Shown in pieces: positions 56,766 through 64,000 of a DNA stretch of 64,000 nt. The stretch's first letter is position 1; every line of letters begins with the position of its first letter. The notes under the pieces were generated by a model. It did no database searches. It worked only from the letters and a program-made list of their open reading frames with translations, and was not told the origin of the DNA. The translations under genes were made by a program, and so were the position numbers. The DNA comes from an uncultured Verrucomicrobiae bacterium (lineage in GTDB: Bacteria; Verrucomicrobiota; Verrucomicrobiia; Chthoniobacterales; JAFAMB01). Location of the stretch: contig CAVSUL010000002.1 in assembly GCA_963731325.1 (NCBI GenBank), positions 151,421 to 215,420 on the forward strand, written 5' to 3'.

Positions 56766-57383
56766 TCAGACGAGGTTTCGCGCGGCCATTCTGGCGTAAA
56801 GCGCCAGGGTGTTACCGTCTTGCACGATCTCTCCGGCAATCATGGAACGCAACTCCGACGGGGTAAACTCACGCACCTCATGGATCGCCTCGGTCTCGTC
56901 GGGCGCCGGCACACCGCCCACCATCCGGACTGGCCGGGCAACGAATAGATGCTGGGTTTCGTCGGTAAATCCCTGCGAGGAATAAAAATGACCAAATGGA
57001 ACCAGTTCCCCGCCATCGGCCATCTGGTAACCGGTTTCTTCGGCTAACTCGCGAATGGCCACTGTAACAAGCATCTCGTCACTGGGGTCAAACGACTGAT
57101 CGACCTGCCCCGCAGGAAATTCCCAAAGAAACTGGCGGACCGGGATCCTTGCCTCTCGGATCAGCACAAAACGTCCTTGCTCGGTAATCGGCGCGATCAC
57201 GACCGCATGTTTCCGCCGGACGGTGGTCCATCTCCGGTAATTACTGCTGCCCGGGATCCTCACCAGCTCCTCGCGGACTTCGAGATGTGGGCTGGTGTAA
57301 ACCGGAGTCGATTTCTGGATGGCCCAGTCGGATTGATTATCCACGAAGCTTTGCGTTCCACGCCTCCAATTCGGCCGCAACAT
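56766..57383 (-). CDS. NUDIX hydrolase (ADP-ribose pyrophosphatase-like)
   Basis: Nudix box GQVDQSFDPSDEMLVTVAIRELAEETGY. Start uncertain: ATG 57383 overlaps argH by 47 bp, and a GTG at 57344 is an alternative. Confidence 0.75.
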   Translation of the reverse strand: MLRPNWRRGTQSFVDNQSDWAIQKSTPVYTSPHLEVREELVRIPGSSNYRRWTTVRRKHAVVIAPITEQGRFVLIREARIPVRQFLWEFPAGQVDQSFDPSDEMLVTVAIRELAEETGYQMADGGELVPFGHFYSSQGFTDETQHLFVARPVRMVGGVPAPDETEAIHEVREFTPSELRSMIAGEIVQDGNTLALYARMAARNLV

Positions 57384-58704
57384 TTTTTCGAGCCGGTGCG
57401 CCGATAGCGGTCCGGCTGTTGAGCGAACGCTCGAGATCGAGAACCGCAAACACGTCAGAATCAAACCGGTCATTGGCGGTCCGAAACTCTTCCAGACTCA
57501 ATTTGTTCAAGCGGCGGTTTTCGCGGACGGAACAGGCAACCAGCTTGCCCACTGCTTCATGAGCCTGTCGGAACGGCACGCCCCGGCGCACCAGGTAGTC
57601 TGCCAGATCAGTGGCAAGCAACATTTGATCGCTCGCGGCGCTAATTGTCCGTTCTCGATCCACCTCGATCCCTGGCATCATCGCGGTGAAGACCCGCAGG
57701 ACAATCTTCAGCTGATCGAGCGAGTCAAACAGCGGTTCTTTATCTTCCTGCAAGTCCCGGTTGTAGGTCATTGGGATGCCTTTCAAGATCGTCAAGATCG
57801 TCACCAGGTTTCCAACGAGCCGGCCAGCCTTTCCCCGAGTCAATTCGCACACGTCAGGATTTTTCTTTTGCGGCATCAAGCTTGAGCCTGTCGTAAAAGC
57901 ATCACTAATGCGGAGAAAGCCAAACTCGGAGGAGGTGTATAAGATCAAGTCCTCGCTCAATCGGGAGAGATGTGTCCCGCACAACGCCAGAACAAAAATC
58001 GTTTCGGCGACGAAATCGCGGTCGCTCACCGCGTCCATGCTGTTTTTCGTTACTTCCGGAAAGCCGAGCTGTTCAGCAATAAAGTTGCGATCGAGCACGA
58101 TCGTCGAACCCGCGATTGCGCCGGAGCCGAGGGGCATCCGATTAAGCCGATTCCGGCAATCAAGCAGTCGACTATCGTCGCGGTCCAGCATTTCGACAAA
58201 CGCCAGAACATAGTGCGCGAATAAGACCGGTTGCGCTCGCTGCAGGTGGGTGTAGCCCGGCAAAACCGCATCTTGATAACGGTCCGCCACAGCAACCAGC
58301 GCTTTCTGCAGGTCCCGAAGCGCTTCGCGAATCTCGGCAAGTTCGTCGCGGAGGTAGAGTCGAAGATCCAGCGCTACCTGGTCGTTCCGGCTTCGTGCCG
58401 TATGCAGCTTCGCTCCGGCCGGGCCGATCCGCTCTGTCAGAGCAGCCTCGATGTTCATGTGGATGTCTTCCAGTTCGGGACGAAACGTGAATCTTCCCGA
58501 CTCGATTTCCTGCTTGATCTGCAGAAGACCCTTCTCGATTTCCGCCCGCTCCGACGCGCTGAGCAATCCGGCTCTCTCCAACGCGGCGGCGTGAGCGATT
58601 GAACCCTGCACATCCGCTTGATAAAGGCGCCAATCAAACGACACGGATTCGGTGAACTGTTGAACCAAGGGAGCCGTGTTTTCCTGGAAACGTCCTTTCC
58701 ACAT
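57337..58704 (-). CDS. argH: Argininosuccinate lyase
   Basis: 455 aa, signature GSSLMPQKKNPD. Confidence 0.92.
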   Translation of the reverse strand: MWKGRFQENTAPLVQQFTESVSFDWRLYQADVQGSIAHAAALERAGLLSASERAEIEKGLLQIKQEIESGRFTFRPELEDIHMNIEAALTERIGPAGAKLHTARSRNDQVALDLRLYLRDELAEIREALRDLQKALVAVADRYQDAVLPGYTHLQRAQPVLFAHYVLAFVEMLDRDDSRLLDCRNRLNRMPLGSGAIAGSTIVLDRNFIAEQLGFPEVTKNSMDAVSDRDFVAETIFVLALCGTHLSRLSEDLILYTSSEFGFLRISDAFTTGSSLMPQKKNPDVCELTRGKAGRLVGNLVTILTILKGIPMTYNRDLQEDKEPLFDSLDQLKIVLRVFTAMMPGIEVDRERTISAASDQMLLATDLADYLVRRGVPFRQAHEAVGKLVACSVRENRRLNKLSLEEFRTANDRFDSDVFAVLDLERSLNSRTAIGAPARKNVAAELEAWNAKLRG

Positions 58705-58722
58705 GCGGGCGAAAGTAAGCGC

Positions 58723-58764
58723 GGGTCAGGGTCGGCGCCAGTGTCAGTGTCTGTAGTCGCGCTG
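58723..58764. repeat. Hexamer tandem array, 7 units
   Basis: GGGTCA GGGTCG GCGCCA GTGTCA GTGTCT GTAGTC GCGCTG, the complement of the CACTGA/TGACAC type. Confidence 0.65.
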
Positions 58765-58767
58765 CGC

Positions 58768-58933
58768 GTTTTGGAGTGCGTGCGACTTGTCGCCGCTTTG
58801 AGACCGCGCGGAGCGCGTTTGCTAATGAAGCGGGTCTTTCTCGGGCAAATTCGGCGCTTCGTTGGTTCGCCCTCGCTCTGAGCCGCGCTCCGCGCGGATC
58901 CGAAAGCGGCGACAAGTCGCACGCACTCCAAAA
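58768..58933. repeat. Family-1 inverted-repeat element (166 bp)
   Basis: GTTTTGGAGTGCGTGCGACTTGTCGCCGCTTTGAGACCGCGCGGAGCG ... 70 nt ... CGCTCCGCGCGGATCCGAAAGCGGCGACAAGTCGCACGCACTCCAAAA. Confidence 0.9.
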
Positions 58934-58943
58934 TTGCTATCTT

Positions 58944-58964
58944 GACAGCATATAACTTGCTGTC
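58944..58964 (+). promoter_or_regulatory. Palindrome abutting the vapB start (candidate operator)
   Basis: GACAGCA-TATAACT-TGCTGTC, a 7-bp perfect inverted repeat ending 1 nt before ATG 58965. TTGACA lies at 58942-58947. Confidence 0.45.
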
Positions 58965-59249
58965 ATGATTGCGCCTATGCGAACAACGGTTACACTCGAC
59001 CCGGATGTCGAGCGATTGTTGAAAGAGGCCGTTCATCGCAGTCGATCAAGTTTCAAGGCGGTGCTCAACAACGCTGTCCGCCGAGGGCTGCAACCCGAGG
59101 CGAAAGCTCAACCCCGGAAACCCTTTGTCGTCAAGGCGCGAGCATTAGGATTACGACCCGGAATTGATCCTGCTCGCCTGGCCGAGTTGGCGGACGATTT
59201 GGAAATCGAAGAGTTTGTGACCAAAACGCGGCGAGCGAAAAAGAAGTGA
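58965..59249 (+). CDS. vapB: Type II antitoxin (VapB-like)
   Basis: 94 aa. N-terminal MRTTVTLDPDVERLLKEAV is typical of DNA-binding antitoxins. GTGA stop/start overlap with the PIN gene. Confidence 0.75.
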   Translation: MIAPMRTTVTLDPDVERLLKEAVHRSRSSFKAVLNNAVRRGLQPEAKAQPRKPFVVKARALGLRPGIDPARLAELADDLEIEEFVTKTRRAKKK

Positions 59250-59677
59250 TCCTACCGGACACGAATCTTTTGCTCTATGCCTATGACACGTCGAATCCTT
59301 TCCATCGGGCTTCGGTTAAGTGGTGGACCACCACTTTGGCCGGGCCCGAAACCGTCGGTCTGTGTGCACCTGTAATTTTCGGATTTGTCCGGGTCGGCAC
59401 CAGCTCGCGCGCATTCTCTTATCCGATGGCCATCCGCGAGACACTGGAGATTGTCACCGAGTGGTTTGAGCAGCCCACCGTGCAATTTGTTGAAACCCAA
59501 ACAACCGACGTTCACACCGCCTTGCGCTTTCTGGACCGAGCTGGCACCGGTGCGAACCTGACAACCGACGCCCAGCTTGCCGCAATCGCCGTTCGGCTGC
59601 AGGCGATCGTGCATACGGCCGATAGCGATTACGCGCGCTTTCCTGAGGTGCGTTGGCACAACCCGTTGCTTTCCTAG
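59246..59677 (+). CDS. vapC: PIN-domain toxin VapC
   Basis: 143 aa. Acidic residues in ILPDTNLL, TDAQLAAIAV and HTADSDYARF fit the PIN catalytic quartet. Confidence 0.85.
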   Translation: MILPDTNLLLYAYDTSNPFHRASVKWWTTTLAGPETVGLCAPVIFGFVRVGTSSRAFSYPMAIRETLEIVTEWFEQPTVQFVETQTTDVHTALRFLDRAGTGANLTTDAQLAAIAVRLQAIVHTADSDYARFPEVRWHNPLLS

Positions 59678-59736
59678 AAAGCTCGCGGCGAGCGCGTTTT
59701 GTTTGCAAACGTCTTCCAGTGTTAACTTATCTCAAG

Positions 59737-60300
59737 ATGACACCCACCGTTCGCCTGCTCGCCATCTCCGGTAGCCTTCGATCCCGATCGTCGAACACGG
59801 CTCTCTTGCAGGCGGCGGCGATACTAGCGCCACCTGAGGTTGAGGTTGTCGTTTACGCAGGACTTCATCTGCTGCCACATTTTAATCCCGACCTGGAGGA
59901 GGATCCAGGCAAGCTACCCTCCGCTGTCATCGCTCTGCGAGCCGCCGTTGGCGCTGCCGACGGTCTGCTCATCTCGTGCCCCGAGTACGCGCGCGGAGTA
60001 CCGGGATCGTTCAAGAACCTCCTGGACTGGTTGGTTGGCAGCTCCGAATTCCCGGGCAAACCAGTGGCTATTCTGAACACCTCCGATCGCGGAACCGCTG
60101 CGCAGGCCGCACTCCGATTGATTCTTTCCACGATGTCGGCGCGGATTATCGAAGAAGCGTCGCTGACGATCCAGCTCCAAGGTCAGGAACCAAATGCGCA
60201 GTCCGTTGTGGCCAACGAGGAGCTCGCTCAACTGCTCCGCGCAGCCCTGGCCACCTTCATGCGCAGCCTGCGTCGCTCACAAATTGCTAAGGATTTGTGA
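59737..60300 (+). CDS. NADPH-dependent FMN reductase family protein
   Basis: Start taken at MTPTVRLLAISGSLRSRSSN (flavodoxin-like phosphate loop). Contains CPEYARGVPG. Confidence 0.8.
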   Translation: MTPTVRLLAISGSLRSRSSNTALLQAAAILAPPEVEVVVYAGLHLLPHFNPDLEEDPGKLPSAVIALRAAVGAADGLLISCPEYARGVPGSFKNLLDWLVGSSEFPGKPVAILNTSDRGTAAQAALRLILSTMSARIIEEASLTIQLQGQEPNAQSVVANEELAQLLRAALATFMRSLRRSQIAKDL

Positions 60301-61756
60301 GCGATGCAGGCTTCGGTCTCAGCTGCGGAAAAAGAATCACATCCCGGATCGATTCCGCGCCTGTCAACATCATAACCAGCCGATCGATCCCGATACCGAC
60401 GCCCCCGGCCGGAGGCATCCCATATTCCAAGGCAAGCAGAAAATCCTCGTCGAGATTCTGGATCTCCCCTCCGGCTTGCGCCTCGAGCCGGTCGCGCTGC
60501 ACGACCGGATCGTTCAGTTCGGTGTAGCCGGGCGAAATTTCCTGCCCGTTGATGATTAATTCGTAAACGTCCACCAGCCGCGGTTGTTCGCGATTCTGCT
60601 TGGCCAGAGGCACAAGCTCCGCCGGCAGATGGGTAACAAAGACCGGGTCAATGATGGCCGGCTCGATCAGCTTTTCAAAAAGCTCCTGCGTGATTGCAGA
60701 CTCGGCCATGCTTTCCGGCCTCAACTCGACTCTGAGCGCCTGGCAACGGGCAATCTTCTCCGGGAGAGATCGTTGGAACCAATCCGGGTCGATTTGCCGT
60801 ACAAGATCTTCATAACGGGCCCGTCGCCAGGGCCGTTGAAGATTGACTGTGCGCATGGGTTGACCCTCCGCGTTCCGCTGCTCGATCTGCAACGTCCCAA
60901 TCACCGATTCCGCCACCAGACAGATCAGCTCCTCCACCAGATCGGCCATCGCTTCGAAATCCGCGTATGCCCAGTATGCTTCCAGCATCGTGAACTCAGG
61001 GTTGTGCCGCCGGGAAATCCCCTCGTTGCGGAAGTTCCGGTTCAGCTCAAATACTTTCGGGAAGCCGCTGACCAGCAATCGCTTCAGGTAGAGCTCTGGG
61101 GCGATTCGCAGATAAAAATCGGCCCCGAGCGCGTTATGATGAGTCTTGAAAGGCTCAGCCGCTGCCCCGCCTGCCATTGGTTGCATCATCGGTGTCTCGA
61201 CTTCCAGGAAACCGCGCGACTGAAGAAACTGCCGGATCTCGGCGACAATCCGAATTCGCTTTAAGAAAAACTCGCGCGATTGCGCGTTGCTAATCAAGTC
61301 CAGGTAACGTTGCCGATGACGCGCTTCGATGTCGGACAAGCCATGCCATTTATCGGGCATCGGCCGCAGCGTCTTGGTCAGAAAAACAAACTGCTCGACC
61401 CGAACCGTCGGCTCTTTCGTTCTCGTCAAAAAGTATTCACCCCACACACCGAGAAAATCTCCCAGGTCAATCAACTGAAACAGCTCAGCCTGTTTCGGCG
61501 AAATCTCTTTCAGGTTGATAAATATTTGCAGCCGGCCGGTGACGTCGCTGAGGTCAAGAAACTGACTTTTGCCCATGTTCCGATGAGCGGTCACCCGGCC
61601 GGCCAGGCGGACCTTTTCGCCTTCTTTAAACCGGTTGCGCAAGTTGCCAATTGTATCCGTGACATCGAAACGGCCGCCGAAGGGATCGATGTTCAGCGAT
61701 GCGAGCTGGTTGAGCTTGTGCCGCCGGATGGCAAGCAGCTCGTTTTCTTCAGTCAT
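60287..61756 (-). CDS. lysS: Lysine--tRNA ligase (class II)
   Basis: 489 aa, OB-fold N-domain and class II motifs (FRNEGISRRHNPEFTMLE, GGVGIGIDRLVM). Confidence 0.92.
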   Translation of the reverse strand: MTEENELLAIRRHKLNQLASLNIDPFGGRFDVTDTIGNLRNRFKEGEKVRLAGRVTAHRNMGKSQFLDLSDVTGRLQIFINLKEISPKQAELFQLIDLGDFLGVWGEYFLTRTKEPTVRVEQFVFLTKTLRPMPDKWHGLSDIEARHRQRYLDLISNAQSREFFLKRIRIVAEIRQFLQSRGFLEVETPMMQPMAGGAAAEPFKTHHNALGADFYLRIAPELYLKRLLVSGFPKVFELNRNFRNEGISRRHNPEFTMLEAYWAYADFEAMADLVEELICLVAESVIGTLQIEQRNAEGQPMRTVNLQRPWRRARYEDLVRQIDPDWFQRSLPEKIARCQALRVELRPESMAESAITQELFEKLIEPAIIDPVFVTHLPAELVPLAKQNREQPRLVDVYELIINGQEISPGYTELNDPVVQRDRLEAQAGGEIQNLDEDFLLALEYGMPPAGGVGIGIDRLVMMLTGAESIRDVILFPQLRPKPASLTNP

Positions 61757-61809
61757 TTTCGGTCATCGCTCATCGGTAATCGGTATCGCTCGTCGCTCGT
61801 CGGCCATTA
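61757..61809. repeat. Heptamer tandem array (GGTCATC type), about 7 units
   Basis: GGTCATC GCTCATC GGTAATC GGTATCG CTCGTCG CTCGTCG GCCATTA, beginning directly upstream of the lysS ATG (61754-61756). Confidence 0.85.
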
Positions 61810-61817
61810 GCCCTCAG

Positions 61818-63176
61818 TTACTCAAACCGGAGCGCCTTCACCGGGTCAAGCCGGGCCGCAAAGTAAGCCGGGATCAAGGCGGCGATTGAACAAATCACGA
61901 ACCCGCTCAGGCAGATGATCATCAGGTCGCGCGGCACAATCTCCGCCGGGATCTCCGGGAACTGATAAACCGACGCCGGAAATAGCTGGATGTGAAAAGT
62001 CGCTGAGAGGAAATCGCGCACTTCATTGCGATACTGAACCAGAACAATGCCGGCCACCAACCCGATGAGGGTGCCAAAGAATCCGACGATCATCCCCTGG
62101 GCCAGAAAGATCCACAGAATCTGGCTGACTTTCGCGCCCAGCGCTTTCATAACGCCGATCTCCCGCGTTTTCTGGACCGTGGTGGTAATGAGGGTACTCA
62201 TGATACCGAAAGCAGCGACGATGACTACGAAGATCAGCACGAAAAACATCGTTGTCCGTTCAATCCGGATCGCATCGAAATATTCCTTATTATCATCGAT
62301 CCAGGTCGCGGCCGCGACCGGCGCCGGCAGGAATTTGTTCAGGCGGGTTTTCACCTCATCAGCATGAAACGGGTCACCTGTTTTCACCTGAATCGCGTGA
62401 ATGGCATCGCCCAGCCCGTAAGCTTCCTGTCCGATGTGCAGCGGGACAACGACATACTCAGAATCGTAAATGTACCGACCCGAATTGAAGAGACCGGTAA
62501 TCGTCAGTTGGGTTGGCAATACGAGGTTGAGCGCTTTTTCGACGTGTTCTTTATTGCCAGGTTCATTCTCCGCCTTTTTTAGCTCATCGGTAATCACTCC
62601 CAGATTGCCCGGTGAGTAGATCGTCAGGGTGTCGCCGACACTGCAACCAAGGCTTTCGGCAAGATCGGTCCCAATCACGCAGGTGTCGCCGGTCAGATCG
62701 AATTTCCCGACAACGATGAAATGCTCGAAATCGGTGACAGCTCGTTGTTTGTCGGGTTCAACGCCCAGAAGCCAGGGGGATAAGCGCCGGTTCTGGAATT
62801 CCGCAATAACCCGCCCTTGCATAACGGGGGCTGCCGCCTGCACTCCTGGGGTATGCTCGACTTCGGTCAGGATCTCCCGCCAATTGGTGATCAGTTGCGG
62901 GCTGCGAATCATGATGTCGGATTCGAAACCAATGATCTTGCGGATCAGCTCGCGTTCGAAGCCGGTCATCACTGAAATTACGATGATCAGCACGCTGATC
63001 CCCAGGACTACGCCAAAAATCGAGATCAGCGTGATCAGCGAAAGAAACGTTCGTTTCGGCCGAAGGTAACGAAGCGCGATAAAAGCGGAGAAAGGCAGCC
63101 GAATCGGCCGAGCGTTCCGGGCGACATCGGGCACCAGACTTGAAGGGGCAGGCCGTTGAGATGTTTCAGTATCCAT
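61818..63176 (-). CDS. LolC/LolE-type lipoprotein-release ABC permease (FtsX/MacB-like)
   Basis: Start taken at MDTETSQRPAP. FIALRYLRPKR N-terminus, a large periplasmic loop, and a C-terminal FtsX helix bundle ending in LDPVKALRFE. Confidence 0.85.
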   Translation of the reverse strand: MDTETSQRPAPSSLVPDVARNARPIRLPFSAFIALRYLRPKRTFLSLITLISIFGVVLGISVLIIVISVMTGFERELIRKIIGFESDIMIRSPQLITNWREILTEVEHTPGVQAAAPVMQGRVIAEFQNRRLSPWLLGVEPDKQRAVTDFEHFIVVGKFDLTGDTCVIGTDLAESLGCSVGDTLTIYSPGNLGVITDELKKAENEPGNKEHVEKALNLVLPTQLTITGLFNSGRYIYDSEYVVVPLHIGQEAYGLGDAIHAIQVKTGDPFHADEVKTRLNKFLPAPVAAATWIDDNKEYFDAIRIERTTMFFVLIFVVIVAAFGIMSTLITTTVQKTREIGVMKALGAKVSQILWIFLAQGMIVGFFGTLIGLVAGIVLVQYRNEVRDFLSATFHIQLFPASVYQFPEIPAEIVPRDLMIICLSGFVICSIAALIPAYFAARLDPVKALRFE

Positions 63177-63445
63177 CAAAAGGAGACAAAGCCCAATACA
63201 TGGCACAGAGCAGCGGAGCCGCAACCCAATCGTGCTCGTGCTGGTGCTCGTTGTCGCCCTCGAAAACACGTAAATGTGGCTTCCGCAGCTTCTCGATCTA
63301 CAAAAAAATGACCTTGGCGCGCTAGAATGGCAACCAAAGGCGAATAAGCGCATATCCGAGGACTAGCACGAGCACGAGGCACGGACAGTATCCTCGGAGG
63401 AAAAGAGATTCTCGAGGGAAGCGGTATACGCCGAAATCCCACAAA

Positions 63446-64000
63446 CTACCGATTCAGGAAACGGCCAAACAGGCGAAGCCGGCGGTAGATCACGGCATCC
63501 CGCAAAGCCAGCGAAATTGGTTCACCACGCCGCTCCACCAACGGACGTGCCAGATCGAACGTCCAAAGAACCAGCAGGACCAGCAGACCGAAGTAGATGC
63601 TGTAACGATTGATCGACACGGGACCGAGTTTGGTTTGCCAGTTGCCGACGATGTCGAGCATGATCCCCCAACAGATGGGAGACAGGCCGAGGCTTAACGA
63701 AGCGAAAACGGTGAACAGCGAAAAAAAGTGGTTTCGGCCCATCACCGGCATCGTATCCATGGCGATTTTCGTGTTGGCGATCGAAAAGAGGCCACCCGCT
63801 ACTCCCATCACAAAATAAATCATGCCAATCACCAAGGGGGTAGTCTCGAGTAAACCGGTGGCCACGAGCATCCAGCAAAGCACGGCCCAGAGGTAACATA
63901 CCAGCGAGATCCGAAGGATCGGCTTGCTGCCCGTGCGCTCCAGCAACCCCCCAAAGATCGGCAGACTGGCAAATGCGCCGATGAATAACATCAGACCGCA
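63446..64000 (-). CDS. MFS transporter, C-terminal half; probably continues beyond the window
   Basis: Six hydrophobic helices in 181 aa. The frame stays open through 63992-64000, so the in-window Met is probably internal. Confidence 0.6.
   Translation of the reverse strand, partial: CGLMLFIGAFASLPIFGGLLERTGSKPILRISLVCYLWAVLCWMLVATGLLETTPLVIGMIYFVMGVAGGLFSIANTKIAMDTMPVMGRNHFFSLFTVFASLSLGLSPICWGIMLDIVGNWQTKLGPVSINRYSIYFGLLVLLVLWTFDLARPLVERRGEPISLALRDAVIYRRLRLFGRFLNR

Noticed and set aside
7378-58933. Possibility that the recurring conserved repeats with variable 70-nt interiors form a CRISPR-like array
   Set aside because: The copies are dispersed kilobases apart, and each consists of two inverted (not direct) arms. 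The interiors are homologous to each other in either orientation, and no cas genes are present.
1-64000. Search by eye of all intergenic regions for tRNA, rRNA, tmRNA and RNase P
   Set aside because: No cloverleaf-compatible sequence (GTTCRANYC T-loop with a matching acceptor stem) or rRNA-like stretch was noticed. This is a negative result by inspection only and should be confirmed with tRNAscan-SE or Infernal.

Overview
64-kb chromosomal segment, moderately GC-rich and gene-dense. I call 59 protein-coding genes and 1 pseudogene, about 70% on the minus strand. Most are housekeeping: argS, lysS, rho, rnd, coaE, miaB, prmA, arfB-like, nth, family-4 UDG, a UvrD-like helicase, fabI, DAHP synthase, ilvB, argH, ribE, sucC/sucD plus citrate synthase, glgA, two aminotransferases, phoU, ptsN, tatC, a LolC/E-type permease, three MFS transporters, an S46 peptidase, an M24 peptidase, and a GDSL autotransporter next to a membrane patatin. 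I saw no rRNA, tRNA, CRISPR array, transposase, integrase or phage genes. The only classical accessory module is a vapBC toxin-antitoxin pair at 58965-59677. I could not support any novel multi-gene protein system here, and I say so plainly. The unusual content is non-coding. (1) A dispersed ~165-bp element with 47-bp terminal inverted repeats occurs as 6 full copies plus fragments. (2) Two further dispersed hairpin-repeat families are present; one of them brackets phoU. (3) Many intergenic spacers are built almost entirely from phased short-period tandem arrays (period 7 mainly, also 6, 9 and 10), and these often run right up to start or stop codons. (4) A perfect 25-bp stem-loop fills the ptsN-argS spacer. 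Gene content and repeat style suggest a soil PVC-type (Verrucomicrobia-like) genome, but that is only a guess. All calls come from reading the sequence and the ORF track by eye. No database search or folding calculation was run.
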